Below are positions 27,095 to 40,482 of a DNA stretch of 64,000 bases, piece by piece. The notes below the pieces were generated by a model. It was not told where the DNA came from and searched no databases. It was given only the letters and a program-made list of their open reading frames with translations. Numbering within the stretch: the first letter of the stretch is position 1; every line of letters begins with the position of its first letter. The stretch covers positions 56,420,001-56,484,000 of the forward strand of contig OZ024742.1 in assembly GCA_964016885.1 (NCBI GenBank), given 5' to 3'. The translations under genes and the position numbers were made by a program. Source of the DNA: Eledone cirrhosa. Lineage: Eukaryota.

Positions 27095-27100
<6 letters not shown>
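25024..27100 (+). mobile_element. Second copy of the 12.5-15 kb PLE family; 5'-truncated but with an uninterrupted RT to GIY-YIG frame (to 26583) and a pLTR
   Basis: The 527-aa ORF contains GAAIGVSIAG, YSRYVDDI, CTNRKCIIC, NVVYSIRC..YIGETARS and RQIREA..LN. It is closely similar to 13210-14750 and lies next to (TA)n. Confidence 0.93.
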
Positions 27101-27125
<25 letters not shown>

Positions 27126-27872
27126 TGATGTATGCTCGACTAATTTTATCATTTAAAGTAAGCAATCTTCTAGTATTCACCCTAGTTGCCTAATATGTTT
27201 GCAAAGAAACATGAAAATTTGATTTGACTGTGTTACCAAGGAAAACTTTATTCGTTGAAAGAATTCCAATATTTAGAATAGGTTGTAATATTATATTCTA
27301 CGAAGAACACGTTTATATCTACAGAGTTGTTTTATTTTTATGTTATCATCTTTGGCGAGCGAGTCAACTTTTTTAAAGATTATATTTTCCATTTGAGAAG
27401 TTCTCTTTGAATGTTAAAATTTGACTATATATTATTGATCATTTAAGCAAGCTAATCATGTTGTTCTTCTTTAGAAACACATAATATACTTCTGAATTTT
27501 ATTTTGCACTCTGTTGCTAGTCAAATGAGGTGCAATAATTTTATAATGTGTGCTTGATGGTTTCAATAAAAGTATATTTTGTTTTCATTTATTTTGTTGT
27601 TGTTTTATGTTGTTGTTTTGGGGGGGTTTTTTCGGTAAATAACTTCTGTCTTGTAGGTAAGTATTTTATCTCTTGTAAATATATCAGCTATTAAAATAAT
27701 CTTATTTTAGTATCGGACTGAACTCTATACTGCAGCCGAAGGAAACATACGTGACATTTTATACAACTAAAATTGGTTAGAGTTGTAAGCTGTGTTACTT
27801 TGCCATGAAATGCTGTGTATAGACATGATGTAACTCCATTCACACTATAACGTATTATCGTTTGTGCTAGAG

Positions 27873-28194
27873 CAGAGGTTTTCAAAGTGGGCTCTACCCC
27901 CAACAGTCGCCGACGAGGGGGAGGGAAGGTCTAATGGGCGCTGGTGCCTAAGGAGGTGGTAGAGATGATAAAATAGTATATTAAATATCAAATGATACAT
28001 ATATATATAAATATATTAAAATAGAATATATATAGTATTTATTTATACAAAGTATATATCATATTATTCATTATATATAAATTAACGATTTTCTTATTAT
28101 ATATTATTTAAAATTTGTGTGTAGGCAGGACACTCTGGAAATAGTGTTGGGGGCACTAAGGTCATCGGGGGCTCAAAAAGTTTGAGAAGCTCCG
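27873..28194. mobile_element. hAT (Charlie-like) MITE
   Basis: Imperfect TIRs CAGAGGTTTTCAAAGT / AGTTTGAGAAGCTCCG. The 8-bp TSD TGCTAGAG / TGTTAGAG resembles the NTCTAGAN target. Confidence 0.7.
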
Positions 28195-28231
28195 TGTTAG
28201 AGGTTTGGTGTATGAAGTTGGACAAGTAGTA

Positions 28232-28574
28232 ACAGTAAAGACCTCCTTCGGTCACGAATGACCATGGAATTTGCACCTAGAAAGTTTCCCTCAGTGGCAC
28301 AGTCCGGCCAAGGTTGTTTATGGAAGACCAGCGGTCACCCATGCCTACCCGCCTCACCTCCCGACACCACCGATTATGTCCAAGGGAAAGGCATTGGCCG
28401 ATACAGCTTGGCACCTGTGATGTCGCAACTCATATTTCTACAGCTGAGTGAACTGGAGCCGCCTGAAACAAAGTGTATTGCTCAAGGATACACCGCATCA
28501 CCCGGTCCAAGAATCGAATTCACAATCTTCCGAGTACAAGCCCAATGCACTAACCACTAAGCCATCCGCCTTCA
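28232..28574 (-). mobile_element. tRNA-derived CORE-type SINE (Octopus OR-like)
   Basis: Minus strand reads TGGCTTAGTGGTTAG..GAATTCGATTC..TCCTTGAGCAATACACTTT (CORE-like). A related copy lies at about 54240-54555. Confidence 0.7.
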
Positions 28575-28836
28575 CAGGGGTAACATTTAATTATAATTCA
28601 GAGCAAATTCCTCTCATCTGAGCATTAAGTATATCTTAGAGGATGAATTAATTCCGAACCGTCTTATTCGCTGCGCTCTTCAGTGTCATAAATGGCCTGA
28701 GTCTAATACAGTACATGTATTGTTAGTTTGATGGGGGAATTAGTTGATCTTTTCGACAGGTGACAATTCACCAGTCTCGAAAAGATAAAAGATAGAGTTG
28801 ACAGTCGCTGATATTCAACTCAGAAGACGGATTTCC

Positions 28837-28870
<34 letters not shown>

Positions 28871-28873
<3 letters not shown>

Positions 28874-29069
28874 AACGAGTAGGACCCCGACGATTGAGCT
28901 CAAGCCGTTTCGACGGCTAATTCTGGACGCAATGAGTCCAGAATTAGCCGTCGAAACGGCTTGAGCTCAGCCGTCGGGGTCCTATTCATTCCTATTACCC
29001 ACTCTACTACCCTAAGTATTGAGTACTTTGGTGCGTTATGGTCCATCTGTTTCCTTACTACACCCTCCA

Positions 29070-29082
<13 letters not shown>
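28871..29082. repeat. Foldback element (28871-28993) plus tail, flanked by (TA)n; family copies at 38903-39095 and 34051-34107
   Basis: AGGACCCCGACG..GCCGTTTCGACGGCTAATTCTGGAC pairs with GTCCAGAATTAGCCGTCGAAACGGC..CGTCGGGGTCCT. Confidence 0.85.
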
Positions 29083-29107
<25 letters not shown>

Positions 29108-29322
29108 TGGAGGGTGTGTATTCAAAATGAGGAGACCCAGGTTATTAAATTAAATCAATTTTTAAATATTTACGATCGCTGCTATACAAGTGATAATTTA
29201 CATGCATATGCACAGAAACCAATCAGAAACAATTAATTAACAATTATTTACACAAAACACAATACATAAATACCTGCTTATCTTCAGGAATTATAAAAAG
29301 GGAATACTCCATTATAACCACT

Positions 29323-29421
<99 letters not shown>

Positions 29422-32400
29422 AGAAAAAAATAACAAGACAGAACTGGTCGGGAATGTTGATGTTATATGTTCAGTTATAGTTCACATCATCAAGGTGGCT
29501 AGTGGAATTAACTAATGCAATCGTTAATTGATGTGTAGATTTTAATTGTTACATTGTGAATGAAAATAAATTAAACATAATATTGCCAATTATATGCAAA
29601 TGGTACAATGATTCATTTGTTTCTGTTTCTAAATATTGTTTGGCTAGAATAATAGTTTTATGAAATATTTTGCATAAAATGACAAAAAAGGATTTTAATG
29701 GGATTCGATATACGGAAGAGGAGACAGCCTCATATATTGAGTATAATTAGTCGATTTAATTCCTCTCTGCTTTCGTCGCTATCAACACACATTTAAACTC
29801 TATTCTTGCAAATGGCTGATTTACGTCTGACGTCATGGACGCCGGTGCTAAATAGGAAACATTAATATAATAGTCAAAATGTACAGATCATTAACATGAG
29901 CACTACTCATGTATTCAAAAACGGGATGTAGAAATGGAATAAATTGGCTTACTTCAGCTTAAAGTTTGTCTTAATCTAATACAAAGCAGTGAACACAATC
30001 CTTAAAACCATTGATTTCTGTCATAATCAAACGAGCTGTTAATTACCATAATTAGCAAATGTAGAAATTATAAATATTTTAATATTTTTCCAATTCTTTA
30101 GACATTTATGACCTGCATTATTGCTTGGTATTTCAGACGGGCAATAAAACGGAAATAAATTGAACGCTTTAACAGCTTAACAGCCAGTTATATCTCATTG
30201 ATGATAGTATACAGCCCCATTCAATAAAACTCTCAGTGAATGATATTTGTAAATAGTTTTCGATTTGATTTAGACACTTCTTTTTTATTACGGTGTTATC
30301 CCCCGTAACCCTTTATTTCATAAGAAATAGGTATCTGAATTGCCGTTTAATTAATGTAATCATATGTCTAGTATTATTTCAATATGTCTATGGTTTTAAA
30401 GTTTACATTTTTATAATGAGTTCTGAATTTGTTTTGAGGGATCCTCTATGTAATCGCCGGACCTTCTAGAAATATTAACCGCATCTATGTAATATATGCA
30501 AGTAGGCATATGTGGGAATAAGTATATCATTTGCTCATGAATATCCCTATTGAGCAAATTGTAAGCTTTGCTGAAAATTGAATCTGTGATGAGGTTTCAA
30601 TTAGCATATGAAAGGAGTTCACTTCAGTTATAGTGTTAATACATTTGGGAAACGGCATACATATTACGTCGATATTAAATTATAGAAAATATTAGCCTAA
30701 TAGAAACATTAATAAATGTGCATGATTTTTCGGTGAGATGAATTCACTCATGCCAAAAATGTTCTTGGGAATATCATAAATAACAGAATAAAACATGTAT
30801 TCTCCCCTTGCTACTTAATCAAAAATAACTCAATTTTATTTAAATGCAATTCATTATTTGCATTCAAAATATTTGTCTAAATTTTGAATGACCATTGTTG
30901 TGTGAAAATATATTCTGAAAGCAATATATCATATTCAATATGTTTTAATATAGTTCATAACGCAAACTAGTCTGCATAAAACACTGCGTAAAATGTAGTG
31001 TGTTCCTAATATATGTTTCCACCTTCGCATTTAAATGAATTTATCAAACGACACTGCCTACTAATTGCATTGATGAGAGAGTCTTCTATCAGGTATCGTG
31101 AACAACTCTATTATACATTTTCGGTTTGTTTCCGCTAGACTTTAATTAGAAACTCAAACCAAATTAGCATATAGCCAATTTACATAGTATCAAGTAGTCC
31201 CAGAACAGTTCCAACATAAAATTAAATGAAAGCAATCATACTCATCAAAGCAAGCGGCAGTACTGAGGAGCTATAAGAAACAGCATTTTTTATTATTGTT
31301 TCGGGAAATTTGCATATCTCACAAAGGGATTTTTTAAAGTAGCAGGTAAAAAGCAAACACATGAGATTCCTGTTGTATGTTTCATATAAAGAATTGTCGT
31401 AATGAGGTGCTATTTTAAAATGCAATATTATATCCGGGTAGTTGAATTCTATTCAGCATTCAAGCTATTTATTTCACTCATGTTGTTAATTCTCTTGGGA
31501 AATAGCCGAACGATACTGCATCCATTTTACTTTGGAGTCAATACCTTACATTAAACATTTATTGATACATTTAATAATGAATATAAAGCAATTGGTTCTA
31601 TTGCCAAAATAATATATTGATTATTTTACCAATTCCTCCAATAATTGATTAAATTGACCCTATTTAATTAGTGGTACATTCTTTATAGTGCACTTTCACA
31701 ATTATGATAAAATAAAACAAATTTTCACTCAGAGAAAACTTAGACCGATGATCACTGAAATTATATTATGTACTTCATTTCTCTCCATCATTCCCAATCT
31801 CTAACCACATATACTGGCGCATTGAAATCGATACACATAAGCGTGACGTATTGATTAAATACCGGGCAATGCATTTAAAAGTTATTAATTTTATTCTTCA
31901 ACCAATTTAAAAAGAATGCCACGTTTGTTTATTTATGTGTAAATTTTGAGGCATAGCAAACTCCTACAGAGTGGGCATTTCAAACTTTTTTTAAGTTTTA
32001 TAGATGCATATGAAAGCTAACAAAATATATATTTGTAAGTCACATTTGCCCTTACATACAACCAATGTGATTTTATAGCGATCATCACCTGTTCCGGGAT
32101 AAGCATAATAAACGATCAAATTTCTAGATTCATTTGCAATGATAGTGTGAACAATCACGACACCATAGTGTACACCATCCGTCGATTTGAATTACAACAC
32201 ACGATTAACCCGCCCTTAATAGGTTTCGTGTAACACAGAGCATGCGGGGATCTTATTTAAATAGGAATAGGTTCCGGTACGATATGAACTATCTCCTGCT
32301 GATATTTGAAAGATATCACATATATTTCAGGCAAACATCACCAAGCCAAGTCCCTTTGTAAACGAATATCATGCGTGACGAAGTTGGACATTTTAAAACA

Positions 32401-32939
32401 CTTCTGGATTTTACTGCAATATAATACCACAACTTCGTTTAACACAAAACAATACTGGCTTTTATTTTCGTTTCAGTTATGTTAAATCAAACAAAATAAG
32501 ATACCTAGATGGTGATCAGTTGATTGTTCAGCCTCTCTCTTAACACGAACGTCCAGCACATAATGAAAGAGATTAGAAACAATAAAACTCAATTATTGAA
32601 CTCTGTCCCCGATACACCTTATTCCATGTGTCTTTATGGATGCCTTTGTCCTGGAAGCAGGTATTTATTATAGAGGGTTCATTATGAGAGCAGATTTCCA
32701 TTAAGGCCACTCCATTGGTATTTAGATCTAGATCGCCTCCATGCTTGCTATTAGGAATGCATATAAGGTTCTCCTCTCTTCAGAGATGTGAAGTGGAGAG
32801 AAGGATTTGTTACTCTCCTAAACTCGGTCACAACAGCATCATCTGATGTAAATGAGGTGAATCTGGGAGCAATGACTTAACCTCTGGGGATTGAGGTCTC
32901 TAGAGGTCAAACGAAGCAAGGCTTCTGGGGAGGATTAAA

Positions 32940-33567
32940 TTCGCTCCGAGATGTTAAAATCTTTAAATAGAGAAGAGGACCGCCGATATGCACTTGATAG
33001 ACTGCTGCACCAGAAGAATGAAAATTAGTGCTTTGAACACTCAAACACTCATGCTTGTCTCCATGTGAGTGGAGCTCCAGTGTAGCTGTTGGAGAAGTTC
33101 ACATATCTCGGGACCGTGTCCACGAGTGATAGAAGGCAGGCGGCTGAGTTCAGTGCAATAATTCAGCATTTGTTCGTCAGAAGAAGGAAAGTATTTATAG
33201 AAGCCAAATTCGTTATCTTCATTTCAAAGATCACAGCTTCGATCCGACGGTCATTGGGTTAGAATGTCTCAAGAAAGAATCTCTGGACAGATTTTGCAGT
33301 CGAAACCAACCATCATGAGATGCAGCGGTAGACCCCCGAGCAAGATCGTTGGATAGCATCCAGGTGCTCAATTGGTCTCGCTTGGTGATCCGACCGGATC
33401 AATTAGAGATGGTGGCTTCTAACAGAACCCACTGGTAAGAGTGTTTGAGGACTCCACGTCCACAACTCTCCCAGGAAGAAGAAGAAGAAGAAGAAGAAGA
33501 AGAAGAAGAAGAAGAAGAAGAAGAAGAAGAAGAAGAAGAAGAAGAAGAAGAAGAAGAAGAAGAAGAA
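32940..33567 (+). mobile_element. Degenerate RTE-type LINE 3' fragment followed by (GAA)n
   Basis: Translates in pieces as RMKISALNTQTLML..LEKFTYLG and GRPP..LDSIQVLNWSRL..LEMVASNRTHW. Confidence 0.55.
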
Positions 33568-33738
33568 GGGAAACCAACGAGCGTACAGGTTGAAGTCGAG
33601 ACAAGCACATGTGGCTGTTTATGATGTTGAGATAAGATTTTTGTTAGATTTAGCTGCTACTGGAAAAAGTCGAGTTGCTAAATAGTCTGTCCTTTCTCTT
33701 AGTAAGCGTTATTTCCAAAAGTAACTACGCCCCCCCCC

Positions 33739-33844
<106 letters not shown>

Positions 33845-33997
33845 TATACACATATATATATACATATATTTATATTTTAAATTATAGTGTATCTACCCTG
33901 CCTTTCATAGGTTATGGATTCCATACACTGGTGGCTTTTCCCAGTTTTATTGATGGCGCACTATCTCTCTCTAGTGTGTTACCTTTTCAACTTATTG

Positions 33998-34050
<53 letters not shown>

Positions 34051-34052
<2 letters not shown>

Positions 34053-35020
34053 AAAAAGTATGACTCCGACGGCAGAGCTCAAGCCGTTTCGACGGCTATT
34101 TCTGGACTAAATTAGAATCTTTAGCCTGGTGAATAAATAGCCGAACTTTTCAAGGGGCTACTTCCTTATATGGGAAGATTGTAGTTGTCAAGAGGATTGG
34201 TTAAAATTTGTTGTAAACACAAATAAGTCTATCATGGCATTTGTGGGAGGTAGGGGTCACTTAACTTGCCTGTAGAACAACAGTGGAGTGACAAGAGCGG
34301 ACAAGCGTTGAAAGTGATATGTATACAGCAGATTCTGAGGATAGAGTAACAAGTGGAGGAGGGAGGTTATAGAATAGGTAAATCGAATGAGAGTAGGAGA
34401 CAATAAAAGATAGAAGAAATAAAAAATAAATAAATAAATAAATAAATAAAATTAGATAGTGAGAAATGAATAAAACATATCACAATGCTATCTTACAATT
34501 ACAGGTTAATAAGTTGAGAATAGAAAAAACTTGTAGAAATTGAGTAGTACGAGAACTGATACAGAATTAAAGGGGTTTAACACGTCTGCTATAAGTAGTT
34601 AGTAAAACATATTCGGCCAATTCTATATTAAGATTACAGGGGTGGGGGAACTGATGCTACAGAGGTCCGATGGGCTGCATCGGGGTAGGCGAAGGGGAAA
34701 AGAAGAAGAGGAAGAAATTAGGGAGTGGAAGGAAGTGATAGGATGAGACAGGGGGTAGAGGAAGACAAAGAGGAAAAGAAAAGAAAAGAGATACATCTAC
34801 CTAAGTAATGTGGGGTTTCCCCTAACTTATTCGGCAAGTAGGTGTGTATCAGCCCTTGTCTACCCACCCGGGTCGTTATGGGGTTTGAGGGCGAGGTATG
34901 TCCTATGCAATCTGTGTTTGCATGCGGTTACCAGTTCTTCTTTCTTGTTTAGGAGTTAGTCCTACGAAAACAGCATTTGTAATGTTTCCTCCGAGCATAA
35001 GTTACACGAGAATGTAAATA
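34051..35020 (-). mobile_element. PLE (Naiad-like) 3' fragment with UTR and a degenerate HHR (34062-34159)
   Basis: Minus strand around 34890-35010 reads CNLCSEE..LLNKKEELVTACKH. The HHR-like part reads AGCCCC-TTGAAAA-[CGGCTATTT..AAATAGCCG]-GAAA-CGGC..GCCG-TC. Confidence 0.65.
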
Positions 35021-35571
35021 CTATTACTAATTCTCACTTATTCCTAATTAAACTATTTTTCACTGTGAACAATTTGTCAGCATTTTCTTTTCCGTTTACC
35101 AATATATATATATATATGGGCCCGAATACCTGCAACTGTGTGTGTTAGTATTTTGATTCTCTGCATTTCAAATATAAGTTCCATTTCAATTAATTTCAGT
35201 TAGATTTGTCAATGTTGCTTTCGTTAGCCTTTAAAGCAGAGGTGATGCATCTGACACTATCAGGAGAGGTGTAATTGTAGAATGTACTTAGCTTTACAAC
35301 TTCATATCTTATTGATTAGAAAGCTTGGTATCACTCAGTACGCGCCTCAACAATTTTAAGGCATTTCTTCTTGTAACTTAGGGCAATTAAATTTATCATG
35401 TATTTACTATTTTATCTGTTTATTCATCACAGGTTTCTTATATAAACTAATGATTTTTGTCTCGTGATTCAAAGATTAAATGACACATTGTGGTGATGTA
35501 CATTTGTTCAAATACATCTTTTGCAGTGGATATACGTTTTACGCACACACACTCAGGCACACGCATCTCAC

Positions 35572-35647
<76 letters not shown>

Positions 35648-35666
35648 TCACTCTCTCTCTCTCTGT

Positions 35667-36077
35667 GTATGGTGGCTGCCAACTCGTTTTCGAGTACGGC
35701 CACTACTTTATATCCATGTAAGGAGAACCCCTACCGATGCGCTGAACGAGTGTGACTTTTTAGTCCAGCCAGCGACTTGAAAACTCTGGTACAAACACTA
35801 CACTTGTGACAATTATTGACAGATAGTGCTGGGCCCATGGTAGCATGGAACGACAAGTGCACAGAGATCTCCAGATATAAAGCAATGCCTGTGCCGTGAA
35901 GCTTTTATAGTGAGCAAAGGCACTGCACAAAGCCAGTCCCACTCTCTTAACCAAGATGATATTTACCAAAAAGAAGAACAAGTCAACATCATTGGATACC
36001 ATCAGGGTTGCAGGTGTTATATCAGAGTTTTCCTTCTCCTAGAATTCTGCCTTGACAAAGGCTAAGGGGTCATCTCT
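35667..36077 (-). mobile_element. RTE-derived non-autonomous element, 5'-truncated
   Basis: Reverse complement of 21147-21556. Confidence 0.8.
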
Positions 36078-36271
36078 CTCTGTATACTTCATGTTAAAGT
36101 ACACTGTACTTATAACAAGAAGTTCACATGCAGATATGTCACTATCTTAACACCAATTATTATATTTTAACTGAGGAAAGCGTACTTAATATTAGTACCC
36201 TTGAAATACGTATAATAAAATAAATTTATGTTTTATAAAGATATTTTCCATTTATTAATATTATTGATATA

Positions 36272-36460
36272 GGCGGTGGATTGGCAGTATCGTTAGAGAG
36301 TCGGGCGCTATGCTTTGCAGTATAGAGTTACGGCACTTTATGATCTGAGATCAAATCCCGCCGAGATTAACTTTACCTTTCATCCTTATGGGTTCGATAA
36401 AATAAAGTACCAGTAATGTACTGGGATAATTGCTGGCCTTGTGCCAAAAGTAGAATCAAT
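36272..36460 (+). mobile_element. OK-like SINE
   Basis: GGCGGTGGATTGGCAGTATCGTTAG..GAGATCAAATCCCGCCGAG..CCTTTCATCC..GGCCTTGTGCC. Confidence 0.8.
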
Positions 36461-36707
36461 TAATATTATTGATATATATATATATATTAGTATGTATAAG
36501 TATGTATACGTACATACATATATGTATACAGACGTATAGTGGTATGTATATATATATACATACATGCACATATATATATATATATGTACGTATGGATTCA
36601 CCGAACATTTATTATAATGCTCGGTGTGTTTGTAAACAAACGTCCCGAATTAAGCCGTACAGTGTCTAGCAACCATCGTTGCTCTTTTGTTCAACACTGG
36701 CAAAGGA

Positions 36708-36750
36708 ACGCTGTACTAGTTTCAAGCTTATTAGCTATCGTCAGCAACGT
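36708..36750 (-). ncRNA. Minimal type I hammerhead ribozyme in a dispersed repeat (36490-36775; related copies 45340-45600 and 46175-46445)
   Basis: ACGTTG-CTGACGA-T AGC TAATAA GCT T-GAAA-CTAG-TA-CAGCGT: 6-bp helix I, palindromic ACTAGT, GUA site. Confidence 0.8.
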
Positions 36751-36893
36751 ATAACTTTCGTTTCATTTTTTCCGTTTATATATATATTGTTATACTGACA
36801 CACGATTTCATATAAAAAACCTCTCAAATCATATATATATATATATATATATAGTAATAATGCGGTTGAGCACTCTACTGACTTATATTCATC

Positions 36894-38660
36894 ATGCAGA
36901 AACAACATCTGAATATTTCTACTAAGAACATACCCGTACCAAGCAGGAAAACATACCTAAAACTCCTGATACAGAAAACAGACGCGTTCACTAGAAGGTT
37001 GCGTTGGCGTGCCTTTTATTTCGATAATCCGCGAAAAGCAGACAACAAACGGGATAAATTTGGATTTAAAACTTATAATAACCTTCCGTGGAACCCAGCA
37101 TTGCTACCCTTCGAAAATGATGTCTTGGAACTCATTCAGAATATCAAATTTCGGAATAGGAGCAATTCCTTCCAGCAAGACCTGAAGAATAGAATTCGTT
37201 CTATTAAGGATTCTAACGCCGTGCACGTCCATTCCGACAAAACTGGCAACCTATATCAAGTGGAGCGCAGTACTTACCATCAACTACTACATAATGCTGT
37301 AACTAAGGATTACCGTAAAACTAATCGGTGCGTCATCAATGAAATCAACGATGCTGGGTTTAAAATCACATCTGATCTCAACATCCTGGACCGGACCGAA
37401 CCTCTGGACCCTATTTCTCCCCACTTTACCCTGAAGGATCACAAATCCAATTTTCCGAACAACCCCTCTATTCGGCTTATTAACCCTACGAAGTCCGATT
37501 TAGGTAGACTTAGTAAAACGATTCTTGATAGAATTATACCTGAAATTAGAAGTTTGGCCCCTCTCGCACTGTGGAACAATTCTTTCGCGGTGATTGATTG
37601 GTTCAACGGCATATGTAACAAGGAACATTGCCGTTTTATCCAATTCGACATCAACAATTACTACCCCTCCATCACTTTACCACTTCTCCTCAGAGCTATC
37701 AATTTCGCTAATACACTCACAGTGGTTAAGGATTTTGAAGTTGATGTCATCCTTAATTCCCGAAAGTCGGTGATTAATTTCGACGACTCTATTTGGATTA
37801 AAAAAACCAATAGTACCCCATTCGACGTGAGTATGGGCGCCAGTGACTCTGCGGAGGTTACTGATCTTATTGGCCTTTTCCTCCTTTTCTCTATCAAGGA
37901 CGAATTCCCCAACGCGGGCGGTGGTTTTTACCGTGACGATGGTCTTTTGACCATGACTAAGTGCGGACCTCGTGCTTGCGACAGGTTCAGAAAAGAACTC
38001 ACAGCCTTCTTTAAAGGCTTCAACCTCTCTATACAGGTTGAGGCCAATCTCTCGGTCGTTAATTACCTCGACGTTACCCTCAATTTATTGAATGGGATGT
38101 ATTACCAGTATAGAAAGCCGAATGATACGCTTAATTACATAAGTAAGCATTCCAACCATCCTGCCAGCATAACCAAGAACCTGGTAAGAAACGTTTCGTT
38201 GAGGCTTTCCCGTCTTTCCACCAACGAGCGCATTTTCAACGACCATTCCACTTATTACAATGAAGCTCTTGCTCGAAGTGGATTTGTCGATAAGGTAGCA
38301 CATACAGAGTATGAAAATAGACCTAGAAGAAATAGATCCCGTCGCATTTGTTGGTTTAACCCACCATATAATATGGAGGTGGCCACACCATAAGCTAAGA
38401 TCTTTCTTTCCCTTATTACGAAGCATTTTCCCCCTACACATAAACATAGTAAAATTTTTAATAGAAATACTATTAAAATTTCTTACTCTACGACTCTTAA
38501 CCTTGCACATAACATCACAGCTTCAAATTTAGCTAAACTACCTAGCTGTAGGAACACGTGCAACCCTGTAGTTAGTACTAACTGTAATTGTAGGAATCGG
38601 GCTGATTGCCCCCTATCCGGGAAATACCTCTCTAGTAACATTGTCTACAAATGTAAGGTT
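36894..38660 (+). mobile_element. Penelope-like element (Naiad-like) RT ORF, frameshifted near 38390 and truncated at the start of GIY-YIG
   Basis: KNIPVPS..RRLRWRA..DKTGNLY..TLKDHK..RLINPTKS..FIQFDINNYYPSI..FDVSMGASDSAEV..FYRDDGL..WFNPPY, then CNCRNRADCPLSG..NIVYKCKV. Confidence 0.9.
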
Positions 38661-38704
38661 GTAAATTTTGCTTTCTATCATCAGAATGAAAAAATCCAGG
38701 ATTT

Positions 38705-38764
38705 TTTCATTCTGATGATTGAAAGCAAAATTTTTTGCTTTTAAGAAACCACTGGTAAATGGAA
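38705..38764 (+). ncRNA. Type I hammerhead ribozyme
   Basis: TTTCATT-CTGATGA-TTGAAAGCAAA ATTT TTTGCTTTTAA-GAAA-CCACTGG-TA-AATGGAA: 7-bp helix I, 11-bp helix II, ACC/GGT helix III, GUA site. Confidence 0.82.
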
Positions 38765-38861
38765 TAATTGCCTTATGTTGTTTATTACATAACTATTAAG
38801 CTCTTTTACCTACATAGAGCACTCTTTTTTCCTGGACTTTTCCGACGGAATTACTTCATTT

Positions 38862-38906
<45 letters not shown>

Positions 38907-39100
38907 AAAATGTATGACCCCGACGGCAGAGCTCAAGCTGTTTCGACAGATTTCTGTCCAGAAATAGCCGTCGAAACACGGCTTGAGCTCTGCCATCGAG
39001 GTCATACATTTTCCTATTATCTAATCTACTACCCTAAGTATTGAGTACTCTGGTGCGTTATGGCCCATCTGGTTCCTTACCACACCTCCTTCGTTATATA

Positions 39101-39170
<70 letters not shown>

Positions 39171-39756
39171 TTTAAATTTTGTCGTTTACCACTGGGTAGA
39201 ATTGATCATTCTGCAATGTTAAATTGATGTAATATTAGAAAAGCACTCAACGTTATGCAACTCATCTAACTTTATGTTCAATCATATTGGTGGTGCGGGA
39301 ACGGAGTCAAAAATATTTTAGACGATCGAAGCAGCATGCTGTTATTATGTCCGTCGCAGCCTATTGTTATTATGATGCTTCGATCGTCTCTGGATCATAA
39401 ACATATACACACTTTTTTGTTCTCTGTTTTTTTTCTATTCTTTTTCCTTAAAGGCTCTTGAAATGTGTTTACCCTCATTCCGTCGGTATATATCTATTAT
39501 GCAATTTACAGCTGAAGATGTCACCAGGTTCTTACGCTACCTGGCTACTGAAATGTGCACAGTGTTTGCAGGAATAAATAAATAAGGAAATACAACCTAT
39601 TTCGCCTCCTGCCATTTTACTTTATGATATATGTATATATATATTATATAAACAAAGGGCGGAAGAACTCATAAGAGTCAAGGGCCATCCAAAAATGTGT
39701 AAATATGTATATACACATGTACATATGTATGTGTATGTATATGCGTGTGCATATGC

Positions 39757-40449
39757 CTGGGGTGTCAGGGAGGGGCATGTACCTCTGTAGGGAGGGCTAG
39801 CCATGCCCTTTTCAGGACAGCTCGTCCTGCATTGGGTCCCACCTGACACTCAGCTCTCACCTGTGGCCCCAAGAAGCTGTAGCATGCAACAGCAGCCACA
39901 CCCCGGTAAACCGCCTTGGCTGGCGGGCCGAACCAGGTTGAGGGTAGCCGGGAGTGTTTCAAACCTCCCGGTGAGTTAGATAGGGGGTGCCTGCCCCTGC
40001 ATGCGAAGAGTGGACTCGGCGGAGTGAGTGGAGGAGGACAACATTGTCCCAACGGTCACAAAGGCGGCGACAGAATCGGTGTGGAGTGCTAGGGCACGGC
40101 AAGGCACTACAGACGTCGTGGCCATTCACTGCAGAACTGGTCGTGACGGTCCTCCATACCACCGACCGAGTGAGTGGGACCGTCACTGTGCACTGGCCCT
40201 CCCATTATAAACCTTTCCCGCACAGGTTTATTCTTTAGCGTGCACTCCCAAAGCCCTACGGCGATGGGCGAGAGGTGGAGGTAACCTCTGGTACTTGCCG
40301 GTCTGACTCCGATCTCTTCCCCTGTCTCCACTGTCCGCGGAGCTGCAAGTCAAGGATTGGCCTCCACAGCCACCTTCGTGCCCACAGCAGACGGGAACAA
40401 CAATAAAGAAGATGTCATCATCGTTTACGATGGACAACCAAGAAGAAAG

Positions 40450-40450
<1 letters not shown>
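39757..40450 (+). mobile_element. GC-rich 5' UTR fragment of an RTE-type LINE
   Basis: CAGCTCTCACCTGTGGC..GCCACACCCCGG..CAGGTTGAGGGTAGCC resembles RTE 5' UTRs as I recall them. It ends at a short ATG-started stub running into (TA)n. Confidence 0.45.

Positions 40451-40482
<32 letters not shown>

Noticed and set aside
39320-39389. Short hairpin GACGATCGAAGCA..TGCTTCGATCGTC
   Set aside because: Single copy with a 13-bp stem; probably another small foldback relic, with no evidence for a pre-miRNA.
39508-39570. HHR-like CTGAAGA..CCAGGT/ACCTGG..GAAATGTGCAC (similar weak cases at about 10992-11025, 55485-55565 and 59896-59930)
   Set aside because: Core, cleavage triplet or helix I is broken in each. 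They may be decayed pLTR HHRs but are not supportable as features.
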